DNA from: Negaprion brevirostris
Taxonomy: Eukaryota
Length of the DNA stretch: 64,000 nt
Reading direction: 5' to 3'
Assembly: GCA_030324005.1 (NCBI GenBank)
Contig: JARDVH010000025.1
Location: 120,496,932 to 120,560,931, forward strand
Part shown: one piece after another, positions 26,036 to 38,270 of the stretch
Layout of the letters: each line of letters opens with the position of its first letter
How positions within the stretch are numbered: position 1 is the stretch's first letter
Notes under the pieces: generated by a model
Told to the model about the DNA's origin: nothing
Databases searched by the model: none
What the model saw: the letters and a program-made list of their open reading frames with translations, nothing else
Translations under genes and position numbers: made by a program

Positions 26036-26630
26036 TGGTTTGATTTGATTTGATTTATATTGTCGCATTGAATTAACACAAGTGAAAAGTATTGTTTCTT
26101 GCACGCTATACAAATAAAGCATGCCATTCATTGAGAAGTAAACGAGACAGGGCAGAATACAGTGTTATAGTCACAGCCAGAGTTAGAGAAAGATCAACTT
26201 AACGCAAGGTAAGTTCATTCAAAAGTCTGACAGCAGCAGGGAAGAAGCTGTTCTTGAGGAGGGTGTACGTGACCTCAGATTTTATTTTATTTTTCCCGAT
26301 TGAAGAAGGTGGAAGAGAGAATGTCCAGTGTGTTTGGGGTCCTTAACCTTGCTGGCTGCTTTGCCTAGCCAGCGGGAAATGTAGCTAGAGCCAATGGTTG
26401 GGAGGCTGCTTTGCGTGATAGATTGGGCTACATGCATGAACTTTTGCTGGTCCTTGTGGAGTTCGCCAGAGTAGGAGCCATACCAAGCTGTGATACAACC
26501 AGAAAAGAAATGTTTTCTATGATGCATCTGTAAAAGTTGTTTGGAGTCTGATCTGACATGCGCAATGTCCTTAATCTTCTGAGAACGTAAAGGGGTTGGT
26601 GAGCTTTCTTATCTATAGTGTTGGCATAGT
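26036..26630 (-). mobile_element. Rex1/Babar-clade LINE 3' fragment
   Basis: ORF 26282-26527 reads SGCITAWYG...AQSITQSSLP...KDPKHTGHSLFHLLQSG, with a (tttga)n tail at 26038-26057. Confidence 0.8.
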
Positions 26631-27310
26631 GTCAACAAAGCGACAAATGCAATTCGCGCTGCGCATGCGTTACACAGATTAAATAGAGCAACCATAAATT
26701 TGTTTATCCAAAATAGAAAGAGACCTAACTCAAGGACAAAGAATAGGTCTGNNNNNNNNNNNNNNNNNNNNNNNNNNNNNNNNNNNNNNNNNNNNNNNNN
26801 NNNNNNNNNNNNNNNNNNNNNNNNNNNNNNNNNNNNNNNNNNNNNNNNNNNNNNNNNNNNNNNNNNNNNNNNNNNNNNNNNNNNNNNNNNNNNNNNNNNN
26901 NNNNNNNNNNNNNNNNNNNNGGGTGGTGTTGGGGGGCGGTGGTGAGAGGTGAAAAATGGTTTCGAAGCATTGAAAGATGGGAACTGAAGGTATTTGGGGG
27001 AACTTTATGCACAATATCATTGACATTTTACCAAGATTTAGAAGCTTCAGTTGAGGTGACAGTTTGCCGAAAGGCAAAGTTAATTTGATTAAACGTTCGG
27101 TATTGAGCAATAACCCGATGGAGGCTTTAAAGTGACTGGGTGGTTTGAAATTGCGGATGCACACATATCGAAGGAAATGGGGTGATGTTAACTACAGAAA
27201 TCTGTCTCACAAGAGTGCCATGAAGGAGACAGAATTGTTTAATTCAGACCGTAGGCAATAATATTTCAGGTTCCCAACCTCCACAATAAATAGCAACAAT
27301 TAACACTTAC

Positions 27311-27337
27311 TTTTATAAAATAAGTTATTCTCATTGC
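27311..27337 (-). CDS. Gene B candidate cytoplasmic mini-exon (GNENNLFYK)
   Basis: aatcacag|GC AAT GAG AAT AAC TTA TTT TAT AAA A|gtaagt, 27 nt, phase 1-1. Confidence 0.5.
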
Positions 27338-27679
27338 CTGTGATTGGCCAAGAGCCAGATTGATAGATCACGTGAAAGATAATGGTATAGCTGAATGCAA
27401 TAAAAGCTGGTAAAGCTAATCTGAGCTATGCACACGTAAATCTGAAGATGAAGTATGCTCATCAATATTGTGTTTTTATTCAAGACATGCTCATCTTGAC
27501 TTGAAAATGTATTGTCGTCCCTGGGTCAACATCCTGGAACACCCTGGAGAACAACACTCTGGGTGTAATTGGAGCACATTGAGTGCAACTGCTCAAGAAG
27601 GCAGCTGAGCCATTACCTCCTCAATGGCAGTGCGAATACAACATAAAAATAAAAGCAAATTATTACGGACGCTAGAATC

Positions 27680-27926
27680 ATAAATTCCCTTCAGTGCAGA
27701 AGGAAACCATTCGGCCCATCGAGTCTATGCCGACAAAAAGCCCGCCCAGGCTGTACTCCCGTAACACCACCTGTTTACTCTTTTGATCTCCTGACGTTAA
27801 AGGAGCAATCTAGCATAGCCTATGCACCTTACCTGCGCAGTTTTGGACTGTGGGAGGAAACCCGGGTACCCAGAGGAAACCCCCAAAGACACGGAGAGAA
27901 CGTGCAAACTCCACACAGGCCTGGGG
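27680..27926 (-). mobile_element. V-SINE fragment
   Basis: tttggactgtgggaggaaacccgg.tacccagaggaaacc...gtgcaaactccacaca is the reverse V-domain. Confidence 0.8.
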
Positions 27927-28262
27927 NNNNNNNNNNNNNNNNNNNNNNNNNNNNNNNNNNNNNNNNNNNNNNNNNNNNNNNNNNNNNNNNNNNNNNNNNN
28001 NNNNNNNNNNNNNNNNNNNNNNNNNNNNNNNNNNNNNNNNNNNNNNNNNNNNNNNNNNNNNNNNNNNNNNNNNNNNNNNNNNNNNNNNNNNNNNNNNNNN
28101 NNNNNNNNNNNNNNNNNNNNNNNNNNNNNNNNNNNNNNNNNNNNNNNNNNNNNNNNNNNNNNNNNCCTCAACTCCGGTATCAGCCAAGTAAACCTCCTCT
28201 GCACTCCCTCCAAGGCCAAAACATCCTTGCGTAAGTGTGGCGACCAGAATTGCACACAGTGT

Positions 28263-29210
28263 TGTGCAGCATTCCACAGAGGCAGTTCCCTCCAGGATAA
28301 CCGCGACCACTCTTTCACTATACTCAACAGATCTCTCCTCACCCATGACACCTTCCCATGCATTCGCATAACGTGCACCACCTGCCCCTTTACCTTTCCT
28401 ATGTTTACCATCCAAGGTCCAAAACATTCACTCCAGGTTAAGTAGCGTTTCACTTGCACCTCTTTCAATTTTGTCCCCTGCATTCGCTGTTCTCAATGTG
28501 ATCTCCTCGATATCGGAGAGACCAAATGTGGACTGGGTAATCACTTTGCTGAACATCTGAGGTCTGTGCCCAATCAGCATCCTGACCTTCCTGTAGCGTG
28601 CCATTTTGACCCACAATTCTGCTCCAATGCCCACATGTCCATCATTGGCCTGCTACAATGTTCCAGTCAGGCTCAAAGCAAACAGGAGGCATAATATCTC
28701 ATCTTCCAGCTTGGCATTTTACAGTCTTCCGGCCCCAATACTCAATTCAACAACTTCAGATTAGCTCTACCCCACCTGGGCCCCTTTCTTTTCAATTTAT
28801 TTACCTTTTAATTCTTGATTGCCTTTCTTTATTTTTCTTCCAAATCATTCACCCTATTTTGTTCCCTTTCCTTATTTTTTTCTCTATCTTTGCTTCTCCT
28901 TCTCCCATTTTTTCTCAATATTACCACTCTTCCACCCATCCATCGCCCTGCCCTTCACACACACACGCAAACAAACAAACACACCTACATCTGTCACAGC
29001 TTACCCTCTGATTTCACGTTTTCTGGTGGTTGGCCATTCATACGTATTATTATCTCTATGGACTTCCACTTGCAGCCCTTCCCCTCGATTTTATGGCTAA
29101 GACTCACCTTTAATTCCCTCACCCTGCAGACTAAAGATTTCTCACTTCCTATGCCTTTTAGATTTGACATAGAGCCACCTGGACTTGATACATCAGTTAT
29201 TTTCTCACCT
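28263..29210 (+). mobile_element. Penelope-like element, GIY-YIG endonuclease remnant
   Basis: CIRCSQCDLLDIGETKCGLGNHFAEHL*SV at ~28480-28570 matches the YIGETxRxLxxRFxEH pattern, followed by a pyrimidine-rich 3' region. Confidence 0.75.
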
Positions 29211-29646
29211 TACAGATCTTGCCATGCAAACTAAAATGTCAGGCCTACCCATAGGCGCCAAAGCCCCAGGAAAGACAAAAAAACATATATATCAACGCGA
29301 TTGATAATGCACGTAAAACAGAATGTTTCACAATCTATCAGGAAAGCAATTTTCTGTTGATGGTTTATACAGCAAAGGGAACATTGTGCTGTTTCCCACT
29401 CAAGCTTCCCCTCGCCCAGAGGAGGAATGACAAATAATAGACGGCAGATATAGAATATGTTGTGTATTCATTAAGAAACTGATGGAAGCTAATGATAGAT
29501 TATGTTCTGAAAGCCCATGGAATTTGCAGTGAAATTAGCAAGTTGGATGCTCCCAAACAATTAAAATACACGATATAACATTTTTGTAAATATAAATGCG
29601 TTGATGAGTAAGCTTATTTTCATATTGTTAATAAATGGGTAGTTAC

Positions 29647-29745
29647 CTCTTTTGTTTGTCACTCCAATGCAAGGCAAAACAATGATGAGCAGAAGTAGTA
29701 GCAGTGTAAATCCAAGATAAAGTGTCAAATTTCTGCTGAATCTAT
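29647..29745 (-). CDS. Gene B transmembrane exon (DRFSRNLTLYLGFTLLLLLLIIVLPCIGVTNKR)
   Basis: gctttttcag|AT AGA...AGA G|gtaact, 99 nt. Hydrophobic helix followed by KR. Not in the ORF track. Confidence 0.85.
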
Positions 29746-29879
29746 CTGAAAAAGCACCCCCAAAAAAAATCTTCTGTTATTTTGCAAAGCAATTTCATAA
29801 AGTTATTGAACGTTTGCAATCCCTTGCAAATAAACCACTGTTTTCAGTGTTGAAGGTGTCCATTGCAAGCTTTATTGGA

Positions 29880-30118
29880 ATTTATTGGAATTCTATGAGG
29901 ATGTGTCTAGTGCGGTGGATGGAGGGGAACCGGTGGATGTGGTGTTTCTCGATTTTCAGAAGGCGTTTGNNNNNNNNNNNNNNNNNNNNNNNNNNNNNNN
30001 NNNNNNNNNNNNNNNNNNNNNNNNNNNNNNNNNNNNNNNNNNNNNNNNNNNNNNNNNNNNNNNNNNNNNCGGCCGGAGGGCCTACTCCTGCTCCTATTTC
30101 TTATGTTCTTATGTTCTT
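29880..30118 (+). mobile_element. CR1 LINE fragments spanning an N-gap
   Basis: LLEFYEDVSSAVDGGEPVDVVFLDFQKAF RT motif before the gap; tail ttatgttcttatgttctt after it. Confidence 0.85.
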
Positions 30119-30404
30119 TAGGCAGTGGAATTCAAATTAATGGAACTCTTTGTTTCTGATGTTGCAGCTGTTAACGTGTTTATCACCCTTGCATGATTTT
30201 GCATTTCTAAGTTTGTGAAATTTGTGATTCAAATTGTTTGATATCTGCCACGGGCGAAATTAATATTCTGTCTATATCAGAATTGCATAAAACATCAAAA
30301 AATGATTTTTGATGACATTTGTAGAATTTTACATAGCCTATTGTTTGTCAGTAGTTCATTAATCCAAACTCCAAACAATATTATCATATAGATTTGGGTG
30401 TTAC

Positions 30405-30710
30405 CTGAAAAGACCAGCCTCTGAGGGTTACTCATTTCTGAGTATATGCATCGCCCACCGATTTCTACTTGATATCGGCATGTGTAATATTCTGTGCTGT
30501 GTTTCAACTGTGGAAGTGTGACTGTGATAAAAGCTGAATGGTCCCCTTCTGTTACTTCAGCCACAGGCAACTGGTTTTGAGACGTTTGATAGAAAATGAT
30601 TTTCAAGACAGGATATGTATTCGGCGTTGTGCAATTAATGGTAATATTATGTCCATTCATATCAGGGGAGTCTTGCTCTTCTAGGAAAAGGTTTGGTTTC
30701 AGGGGAACGT
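30405..30710 (-). CDS. Gene B membrane-proximal Ig exon (DVPLKPNLFL...INC...YTCRY...SEMSNPQRLVFS)
   Basis: ttttttatag|AC GTT...TCA G|gtaaca, 306 nt, phase 1-1. Confidence 0.88.
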
Positions 30711-31344
30711 CTATAAAAAATACAAAACGTAATATTATATATGAATAATGATACAAGAAATGCATATGATTTCAGGATCAGCAAAAACATGATTAGTATT
30801 TGTTTATGTATGTTGCTATTTCTGTTTTATTATTGCATTTCATTCGGATGAACAATTAACTACACATCATGACACATTAAAATAATAATAATGACTCAAT
30901 GATGAATTACATTGATATCTACATCGAGTGGCTACTTTTGAAAACATTAATGCTAAAGTTTTGTCCTAATCTAGCGTGGAGGAAAATAAATTGGATTACT
31001 AAGTAGCACGTCTCAAAAGAATGGGACAGGTCATTTCTGTCGGGCTTCTGAAGTGTTGTACCAAATGTGTTTATTTAACTTAATGATAATTTTGATAAAA
31101 TTAGACATCTTTGGCGCAATTTGCTCACATTAATATATCTGACATTAACAGCCCAATGTGAGCAAATGTTCCTCATTGAAGATTCAACGAACAACTGCAT
31201 TGCAGAAAACAGAGCATGAAAGGTGCAGTGAGATGGAAGTTAAATGATGAAGACCAGCCAGATAGGAAAAAAAGCAATACATTCATGTCCACATTAACAT
31301 TCAATTAATAGAAGGTGAAATTTGAGTCGATGACTGAATTATTG

Positions 31345-32260
31345 TTTATTTATTCGTGGAACATGAGAGTCACTAGCTCGCCACCATTTATTGCCCATCC
31401 CTAGTTGCCCCTTAGAAGGTGCTGGTAAACTTTCTTTTGCATTGTTGCAGTCCATGTTCTGTGGGTTGACCTACAATGCCCTTACGGGTGGGGGCGGGAA
31501 GTGGGTGAGGGGGCAGTGGGGAGTCCACGATTTTGACCCAGTGAGTGTAAAGCAAAAACAATGTATTTCCAAGTAAGGATGGGAAATTGCTTGGATGGGA
31601 ATTTTCACGTGGCGGTGTTGCCATATATCTGCTGCCCTTTTCCTTCTAGATGGAAGTGGCTGTGAGTTTGGAAGGTGCTGTGTAAGCACCCTTGATGAAT
31701 TGCTGCAGTGTACCTTGCAGACGGCACATTGCTACTGACCGTCGGTGATGGAATGAGGGTGGGAGGGTTTGAATGTTTGTAGATGTGGTGCTAATCAAGC
31801 AGCCTGTTTTGCCCTGGATGTTTCAAGCTTCTTGAGTGCTGTTGGAGCATCACCCATTCAGACAAGCGGGGAGTATTCCATTACACTCCCGACTTGTGCC
31901 TTGTAGATGGTGGATAGGCTTTGGGGAGTCAGGAGTTGAGTTACTCGCCACAGTGTTACAAGCCTCTGACCTGCTCTTGTAGCCACTGTGTTTTTGTGAT
32001 TGGTCCAGTTGAGTTTCTGGTCAATGGCAATTCCAAGGATGATGACATTGGGGGATTCAGTGATGGCTACACCATGAAATGTCATGGAGCGGTGGTTGGA
32101 GTGTTTCTCATTTGTTATGGTCATTGCTTGGCCCGTGTTTCTTGCCTCCTGTCAGCTCAAACCTGAACAACGTCTAGATTTTTTTTTTACATTTGAACAT
32201 GGACAGCTTCAGTATCTGACGACTCACGAATTGTGCAAACATCCTTACTTCTGTCCTTAA
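31345..32260 (-). mobile_element. CR1/L2-group LINE 3' fragment (duplicated at 35361-35850)
   Basis: ILGIAIDQKLNWTNH...AGQRL...LSTIYKAQVGSVMEYSPL. Confidence 0.8.
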
Positions 32261-32433
32261 GACACAGGGAAGGGAACCAGAACAAAATATTAATAGTCAA
32301 TCGAATTAAATGTCAGCAGAGATTGATGAAACACAATTTGGATAGTTATTGACAAGGAAATGCAATAGAGGTGTTCTTTTTTTTATTTGAAACATGGTAT
32401 ATTTAAGTGCAATCAATAGTAAAATTCACCCAC

Positions 32434-32739
32434 CTATCACAGTCAATGCAATAGGATCACTTTGCACGGAATTAAGCCATCGTCCAGAAACATTGGAATA
32501 ATACATGCATCGGTACTGTTGAACGCCATAATCGATGATCTCTGTGAGGTTGAAGGTCACAGTCTTGTTTCCTCTCAGGATTATCGGTCCTGTGATTGGA
32601 ATCGATTCGTTCGTTTTGTATAAGTGGAACATTACGCTCACATCCTCAATCTGGGCGGTGCAGGTCAATAAGATCAATTCCCCCTTTATAAATGTTGTAA
32701 AATTCGAATTCGGGACCATCTCGGGTTTTTTTGGACGCT
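32434..32739 (-). CDS. Gene B Ig exon (ERPKKPEM...LTC...QYRCMY...SDPIALTVI)
   Basis: tttccgttcag|AG CGT...ATA G|gtgggt, 306 nt, phase 1-1. The YRCxY...W..S..SDP ending is typical of LRC-type domains. Confidence 0.88.
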
Positions 32740-33164
32740 CTGAACGGAAAATAGGTTTTAAATTTCAGAGGTACAAAAAGCTAAAACAATTAATCTCCTT
32801 GCTATTACAAAGTAACAGAGGAATCAAGCAAAAACAATTTCACTGCTATCCACCAACCATTTCAAAATCCATTTCACAGCTCAGTATCTCTCCTTATCTC
32901 CAGCCATCTCCTTCTGTCGCCTCCATCTCCTTCCTTCCTTCCCTCCTTCCCTCCCTTTCCCTCCCGTCCCTTCCGTTCCTGCCTTCTTTCTTGCCTTCCT
33001 TCCATCCTGCCTTTCTTCCTGACTTCGGAAATAATGATGGCACTCGTTATTTCTGGCGCAACACACTGGACTGTAGAAATGAGTTGGCGGGGAAAACAAA
33101 ATCTTTAATTTATTTACTGGGATTTAAATGCTGATGATATGAACGTGAACATTTTTGAACATAC

Positions 33165-33464
33165 CTACTACAGAGATGTTCACAGATGCACTGAGTGTGG
33201 AATTCATCAAACGACCCGATATTTCCAATTCATAGGAACACCGGTATTGTTCCGATGTACGGGCTAAACGTTGGAATATTACCAAATTGTGCCCATTGTT
33301 CGCTTTCTTCTGATCAATCAAATGACCATTACTGCTGAGGTACAAATAAAATATTTTCAATGGATGCTGTACGGTCGGTGCAGCACAATGGATGCTGAAG
33401 TTTTCATCTTTTAGAAACACGTTTCTATTCTCACTTAGCCTGATTTCCGGCTTTTCTGGACGAT
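33165..33464 (-). CDS. Gene B Ig exon (DRPEKPEIRL...IHC...QYRCSY...SVNISVV)
   Basis: attttacag|AT CGT...GTA G|gtatgt, 300 nt, phase 1-1. Confidence 0.88.
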
Positions 33465-33775
33465 CTGTAAAATAAGGATCAATGTGAAATGTTAAAACAG
33501 CGATGGTCATTGTCGGTGGAAGATAATGCACTATACAGTTATGACCATTATTGTGCGTATTAAATCTCAAAACAGAAGACTGAAGTCATGCCCCAGTTTA
33601 AATTCGGACATTTACTTCATAGAAGAGGAAATTTCTAACCATGAAGGAATAGTGCAGAAGGGAGGAAGGGACTGGAAGAGCGGACACAATTCTGAGCGTT
33701 ATGTCCACCATTGTTTGTAATATGCCTACTGTAATGGGATGTGAACATTGGTCAAGTATTAGACCCGTCCCTTAC

Positions 33776-34072
33776 CTATGACACTTATATTGACGTTGTC
33801 ACTATGCCCAGATTCCAGCCAGCTTCCTGACATTGAGATGGCACAAAGACAGCTGTACGTTTCAGAAATTGTTGCGGTAATGTTATAGCTGGCGGTGTGG
33901 TTAAGTCCCTGACGAGTAGTAGATGCATTATACACTTCTTCTCCATTTCGATAAAAATACATCCGACTGCACGAATATTTCACACTTAATTCACAGGTCA
34001 TTTTGGTAAATTCCCCTCGAAGAAGTACCACGAACCATCCATTGAAAGAAAGTGATGGAGTTTTTGGGTAAT
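33776..34072 (-). CDS. Gene B Ig exon (DYPKTPSLSF...MTC...YSCLC...NVNISVI)
   Basis: atttccag|AT TAC...ATA G|gtaagg, 297 nt, phase 1-1, with an Ig cysteine pair. Confidence 0.87.
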
Positions 34073-34329
34073 CTGGAAATAGTGGAGAGAAAGCAAGTTG
34101 GCAAAATTAAACGACAAAAAAAATACGGTTTTGTTATTTGTGAGAACATTGCATTTTGCGTCACTCTTCTTCATTGGGGGAAAAAAAATCCATGTTACCG
34201 ATTGAGTCAGAGAGAACGCACAGAGAAAACATTTATTGAATATGGACAGATACTTATTTATCAAACGGTTACAAAATTCTCGGCGGAAGGCGGGAATGAG
34301 GGGTTGAAGTTACAAGCAGATCAACCATG

Positions 34330-35345
34330 ACGAATGCAACAGGATCTTGATAAATTGGGCCAGTGGGCTGACGAATGGCACATAGAATTTAATTAAGATA
34401 AATGCGAGGTGATGCGTTTTGCTATTTTGAACCGGGTAGGACTTATTCAGTTAATGATACGGCTTGGGGACGTTTATAGAACAAAAAAGATCACGGGGTA
34501 CCGGTTCATAGCTCCTTGAAAGTGGAGTCATGTGGACTGAGTGATGAAGAAAACATTCTAGTTTAATTGGTCAGAGCATTGAATACAGGAGTTGTGACGG
34601 CTTGTTGACGTTTTACAGTACATTGGTAAGGCCACACTTGGAATGTGTGGACTGTTCTGATCACCCAAAAATAGAAAGGGCATTATTAAACTAGAACGAA
34701 CAAAGAAAATATTTACTAGGATGCTACGTGGTGCTGGATGGTTTGAATTAAAAGGAGAAGCTGGATAGATGAGGACTTATTTTTTCCAGAGCGTAGGAGG
34801 CTGAGGGACGATCTTGTAGAGGTCTATAGAATAATGCGGGGCATAGATCAGCTAGTCAATGCATTTTTCCAAAGGGAGAAGGTTCACAAGGCTGTTGCCG
34901 GGACTTGAGAAGCTGAGTAACAGAGAGAGATTGAATAGGTTAGGACTTTATTCCCTGGAGCGTAGAAGAATGAGGGGAGATTTGATAGAGTGTATAAAAT
35001 TATGATGGGTATAGATAGAGTGAATATTAGAGAGGGTGGTCTTCACGCAGAGAGTGGTGGGAGTGTGGAATGAGCTGCCNNNNNNNNNNNNNNNNNNNNN
35101 NNNNNNNNNNNNNNNNNNNNNNNNNNNNNNNNNNNNNNNNNNNNNNNNNNNNNNNNNNNNNNNNNNNNNNNNNNNNNNNAGTGCCCTATACAGCTGCAGC
35201 AAGACCTCCCTACTTTTATATTCAATCTCCCTCGCTATGAAGGCCAGCATCCCATTTGCCTTCCTGACGACCTGCTGCATCTGCAGGCTGCGTTTTTGCG
35301 ACTCATGCACAAGGACCCCGAGGTCCCTCTGCACCGTCGCATGCT
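34330..35345. mobile_element. Nested CR1 LINE fragments
   Basis: QDLDKLGQWADEWHIEFN*DKC and RMRGDLIECIK on plus; QRDLGVLVHES...KANGMLAFIAR on minus. Confidence 0.85.
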
Positions 35346-36029
35346 GCAGTTTTTCGCCAAATGTGCCAATCAAGCAGGCGATTTTGCCCTGGATGGTTCA
35401 AGCTTCTTGAGTGCTGTTGGAGCTGCACCCATTCAGACAAGCGGGGAGTATTCCATTACCCTCCCGACTTGTGCCTTTTAGATGGTGGATAGGCTTTGGG
35501 GAGTCAGAAGTTGAGTTACTCGCCGCAGTGTTCCAAGCCTCTGACCTGCTCTTGTAGCCATTGTGTTTTTTGTGGTGGGTCAAGGTGAATTTCTGGTCAA
35601 TGGTAACAGCAAGGGTCATGACATTGAGGGATTCAGTGATCGTTACACCATTAAATGACAAGGGTTGGTGGTTGGAGTGTTTCTTATTTACTATGGTTAT
35701 GGCTTGACATTTGTGTGGCGCCCATGTTTCTTGCCACTTGCCATTTCAAGCCTGAACACTGTCCAGATCTTTTTACATTCGAACATGGGCTGCTTCACTA
35801 TCAAAGGAGTCATGCATTGTGTAAACATCCTTACTTCTGACCTTAAGACGGAGGGAAGGGAACAAGAACAAATTATCAATAGTCAACTGAATTACATGTC
35901 AGCAGAAATTGATAAAACGCAATTTGGATAGTTACTGACAAGGAAATGCAGTAAAGATGCACCGCAGAAGTGTTTTTTTTATTTGAAACGTGGCACATTT
36001 AAATGCAATAAGTAATGAAATTCGCCCAC

Positions 36030-36329
36030 CTATCACAGTCAATGCAATAGGATCACTTTTCACGGAATTAAACCATCGTCCAGAAACAGTGGAATAATAC
36101 ATGCATCGGTACGGCTGAACGCCATAATCGATGATCTCTGTGTGGTTGAAGGTCTTGTTTCCTCTCAGGATTATCGGTCGTGTGATTGGAATCGATTCGT
36201 TCGTTTTGTATAAGTGGAACATTGCGCTCAAATCCTCTATCTGGGCGGTGCAGATCAATAAGATCATTTCCCCCTTTATAAATATTGTAAAATTCGAATT
36301 CAGGGCCATCTCAAGTTTGGTTGGACGGT
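36030..36329 (-). CDS. Gene B Ig exon, duplicate of 32434-32739 with a 6-nt deletion
   Basis: tttccgttcag|AC CGT CCA...ATA G|gtgggc, 300 nt. DRPTKLEM...LLICTAQ...YRCMYYSTVSGRWFNSVKSDPIALTVI. It lies on a contig bounded by N-gaps. Confidence 0.8.
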
Positions 36330-38270
36330 CTGAACGGAAAACAAGTTTTAAATTTCAGGGGTACGAAAAGCTAAAACAACTCGTGCCCTTACTATTAGAA
36401 AGTTACAGGGGAATTAAGCAAAAACAATTTCACTGCTATCCACCAACCATTTCCAAACCCATTTCACATCTCAGTACCTCTCTTTATCTCCAACAATCTC
36501 CTTCTGTCCGCCTCCATGTCCTTCCTTCCTTCCCTCCCGCCCGCGCTCTCGCCCCTCNNNNNNNNNNNNNNNNNNNNNNNNNNNNNNNNNNNNNNNNNNN
36601 NNNNNNNNNNNNNNNNNNNNNNNNNNNNNNNNNNNNNNNNNNNNNNNNNNNNNNNNNACACACGCACACACACACACACACACACACACTCAATCTCTCT
36701 CTGGCACACACTCTTTATATCACAAAACTCCCTTTTTCTCTCGCACACAAACACAGATACTCTCGCTCTCATACACATTCCCTCTGTCATACGCCGACAG
36801 AGGCGCAGGCAAACTTCTACACACGCGCACATTCCAGCTTTCACTCACGGAAGGATTATACATGGAACAAGAAATAATAGTTGTCACTGGAAAACAACAC
36901 CTGCAATAACAATCAATTAACTGAATTCAATTCAAACATGCAAGGTCTTCTTGGTTTATTGATCCCCTGCGTTAATGATGCTTTATCACAGAAATATACT
37001 GCAACTATTCTAACACAGCCGCATAATGGAACAGAGCCCAATCATTTTGGCTGTTTCAGTATGACTGAAAGAGACTGAAGTCTGGTGCATTGTAAAAACA
37101 GATATTTGTCATGTCTGGGTTACATTGTCTGAATAACTAACTACTTCTTCAGATAATTTGCTTGTGAATTGAACAAACAGATCTCAATTTCCATGTTGTC
37201 GCTAACGTCGTTTAGGCAAGGAAGTGAGCCTGTTTGGATAAATGATGGTTACTCCTGCGGCTGAGGTATTACCTGGAAATTTGCATCTAAATGGTTGAAT
37301 TTAAATTCAGGTAACTGATCTGGGAACACAGAGTTGGTGTCCGCAATGATGGCAATGGATGGCAGCAGAAATCTATTTGTCTGGCGATGCTGGTGGAAAG
37401 CATCTCTTCCTAAGGCAGTCTGGCCTTCATGTGATTGCAAACATGTGGCAATGTTTGAAGAATTGTCTTCGATTGAAACGGCTTAGCGAACCACACAGCC
37501 CAAAGACCATTTGGGAGGCTAAAAATGCTGACGTTGTCTGTAGTGCCCACAACACTTGTAAAATTAAGAAACGTTTGTATAGAAGTATGCACCTATATAT
37601 CTGAGAGTATTGGACATTGCACGATGTTTTGTAAAATCAATGTCATCAGTAAGAATTCAGTTCTCCAAACTGATCCTGGCAATTCAGCAGGCTGAATTGT
37701 ACAGTAGTTGCTAATGGCATGAGCACGCCAGTAACTTTTCCTAAAATCATTTATTTTTACTGTGACATTTTAATCTGCGCCCTTAGTTATTTTCTACGTC
37801 AACCTGTAACTGTTTTACTTCTTTATTGCAGAAAACCTCTTTTTTTTCCTTGCATCACCTCGCAATTAGAAATTGTTAGTGTCCTATTTATTAAAAAATG
37901 TATAACATTGTTTAGTCCCAAAAGCATCCGCACAGTATGTTCTCAAAACATCAAAAACACATTAAAAAATACAAATTAAGAGCTGTTGCTTAACTGTTGT
38001 CGAAACACAGAATATTCTGTAAAGCGATTGGCAAACATGTCATTGTACTGAGAGCACAAATCACACAACTAAAGGGAAAGCCAACCTAGTACCAAATGCC
38101 GCTCCGCTGCTCGACTGGTGGTGCTCAGCACACCTCAGGCGAGGGGTAAAGTTCAGAATAGGAACAACCTCAATGGATATAGGATTGAATCCATGCCATT
38201 GGCATTGGTCAGTAATCTCTAGCCAGTTGTCCAACCAATTGAAATAAACCAGCCCCACACAAGCGCGCAC

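Larger units (their letters stand above)
31787..36535. repeat. Intragenic duplication: 31787-32945 vs 35361-36535 (LINE fragment + Ig exon + intron)
   Basis: Colinear over ~1.15 kb including the intronic LINE remnant and the TTCC-rich tract. Confidence 0.9.

Noticed and set aside
32535-33134. 199-aa plus-strand ORF and its 248-aa twin at 36131-36877
   Set aside because: Antisense shadows of Ig exons extended by TTCC/CA simple repeats; no independent coding signal.
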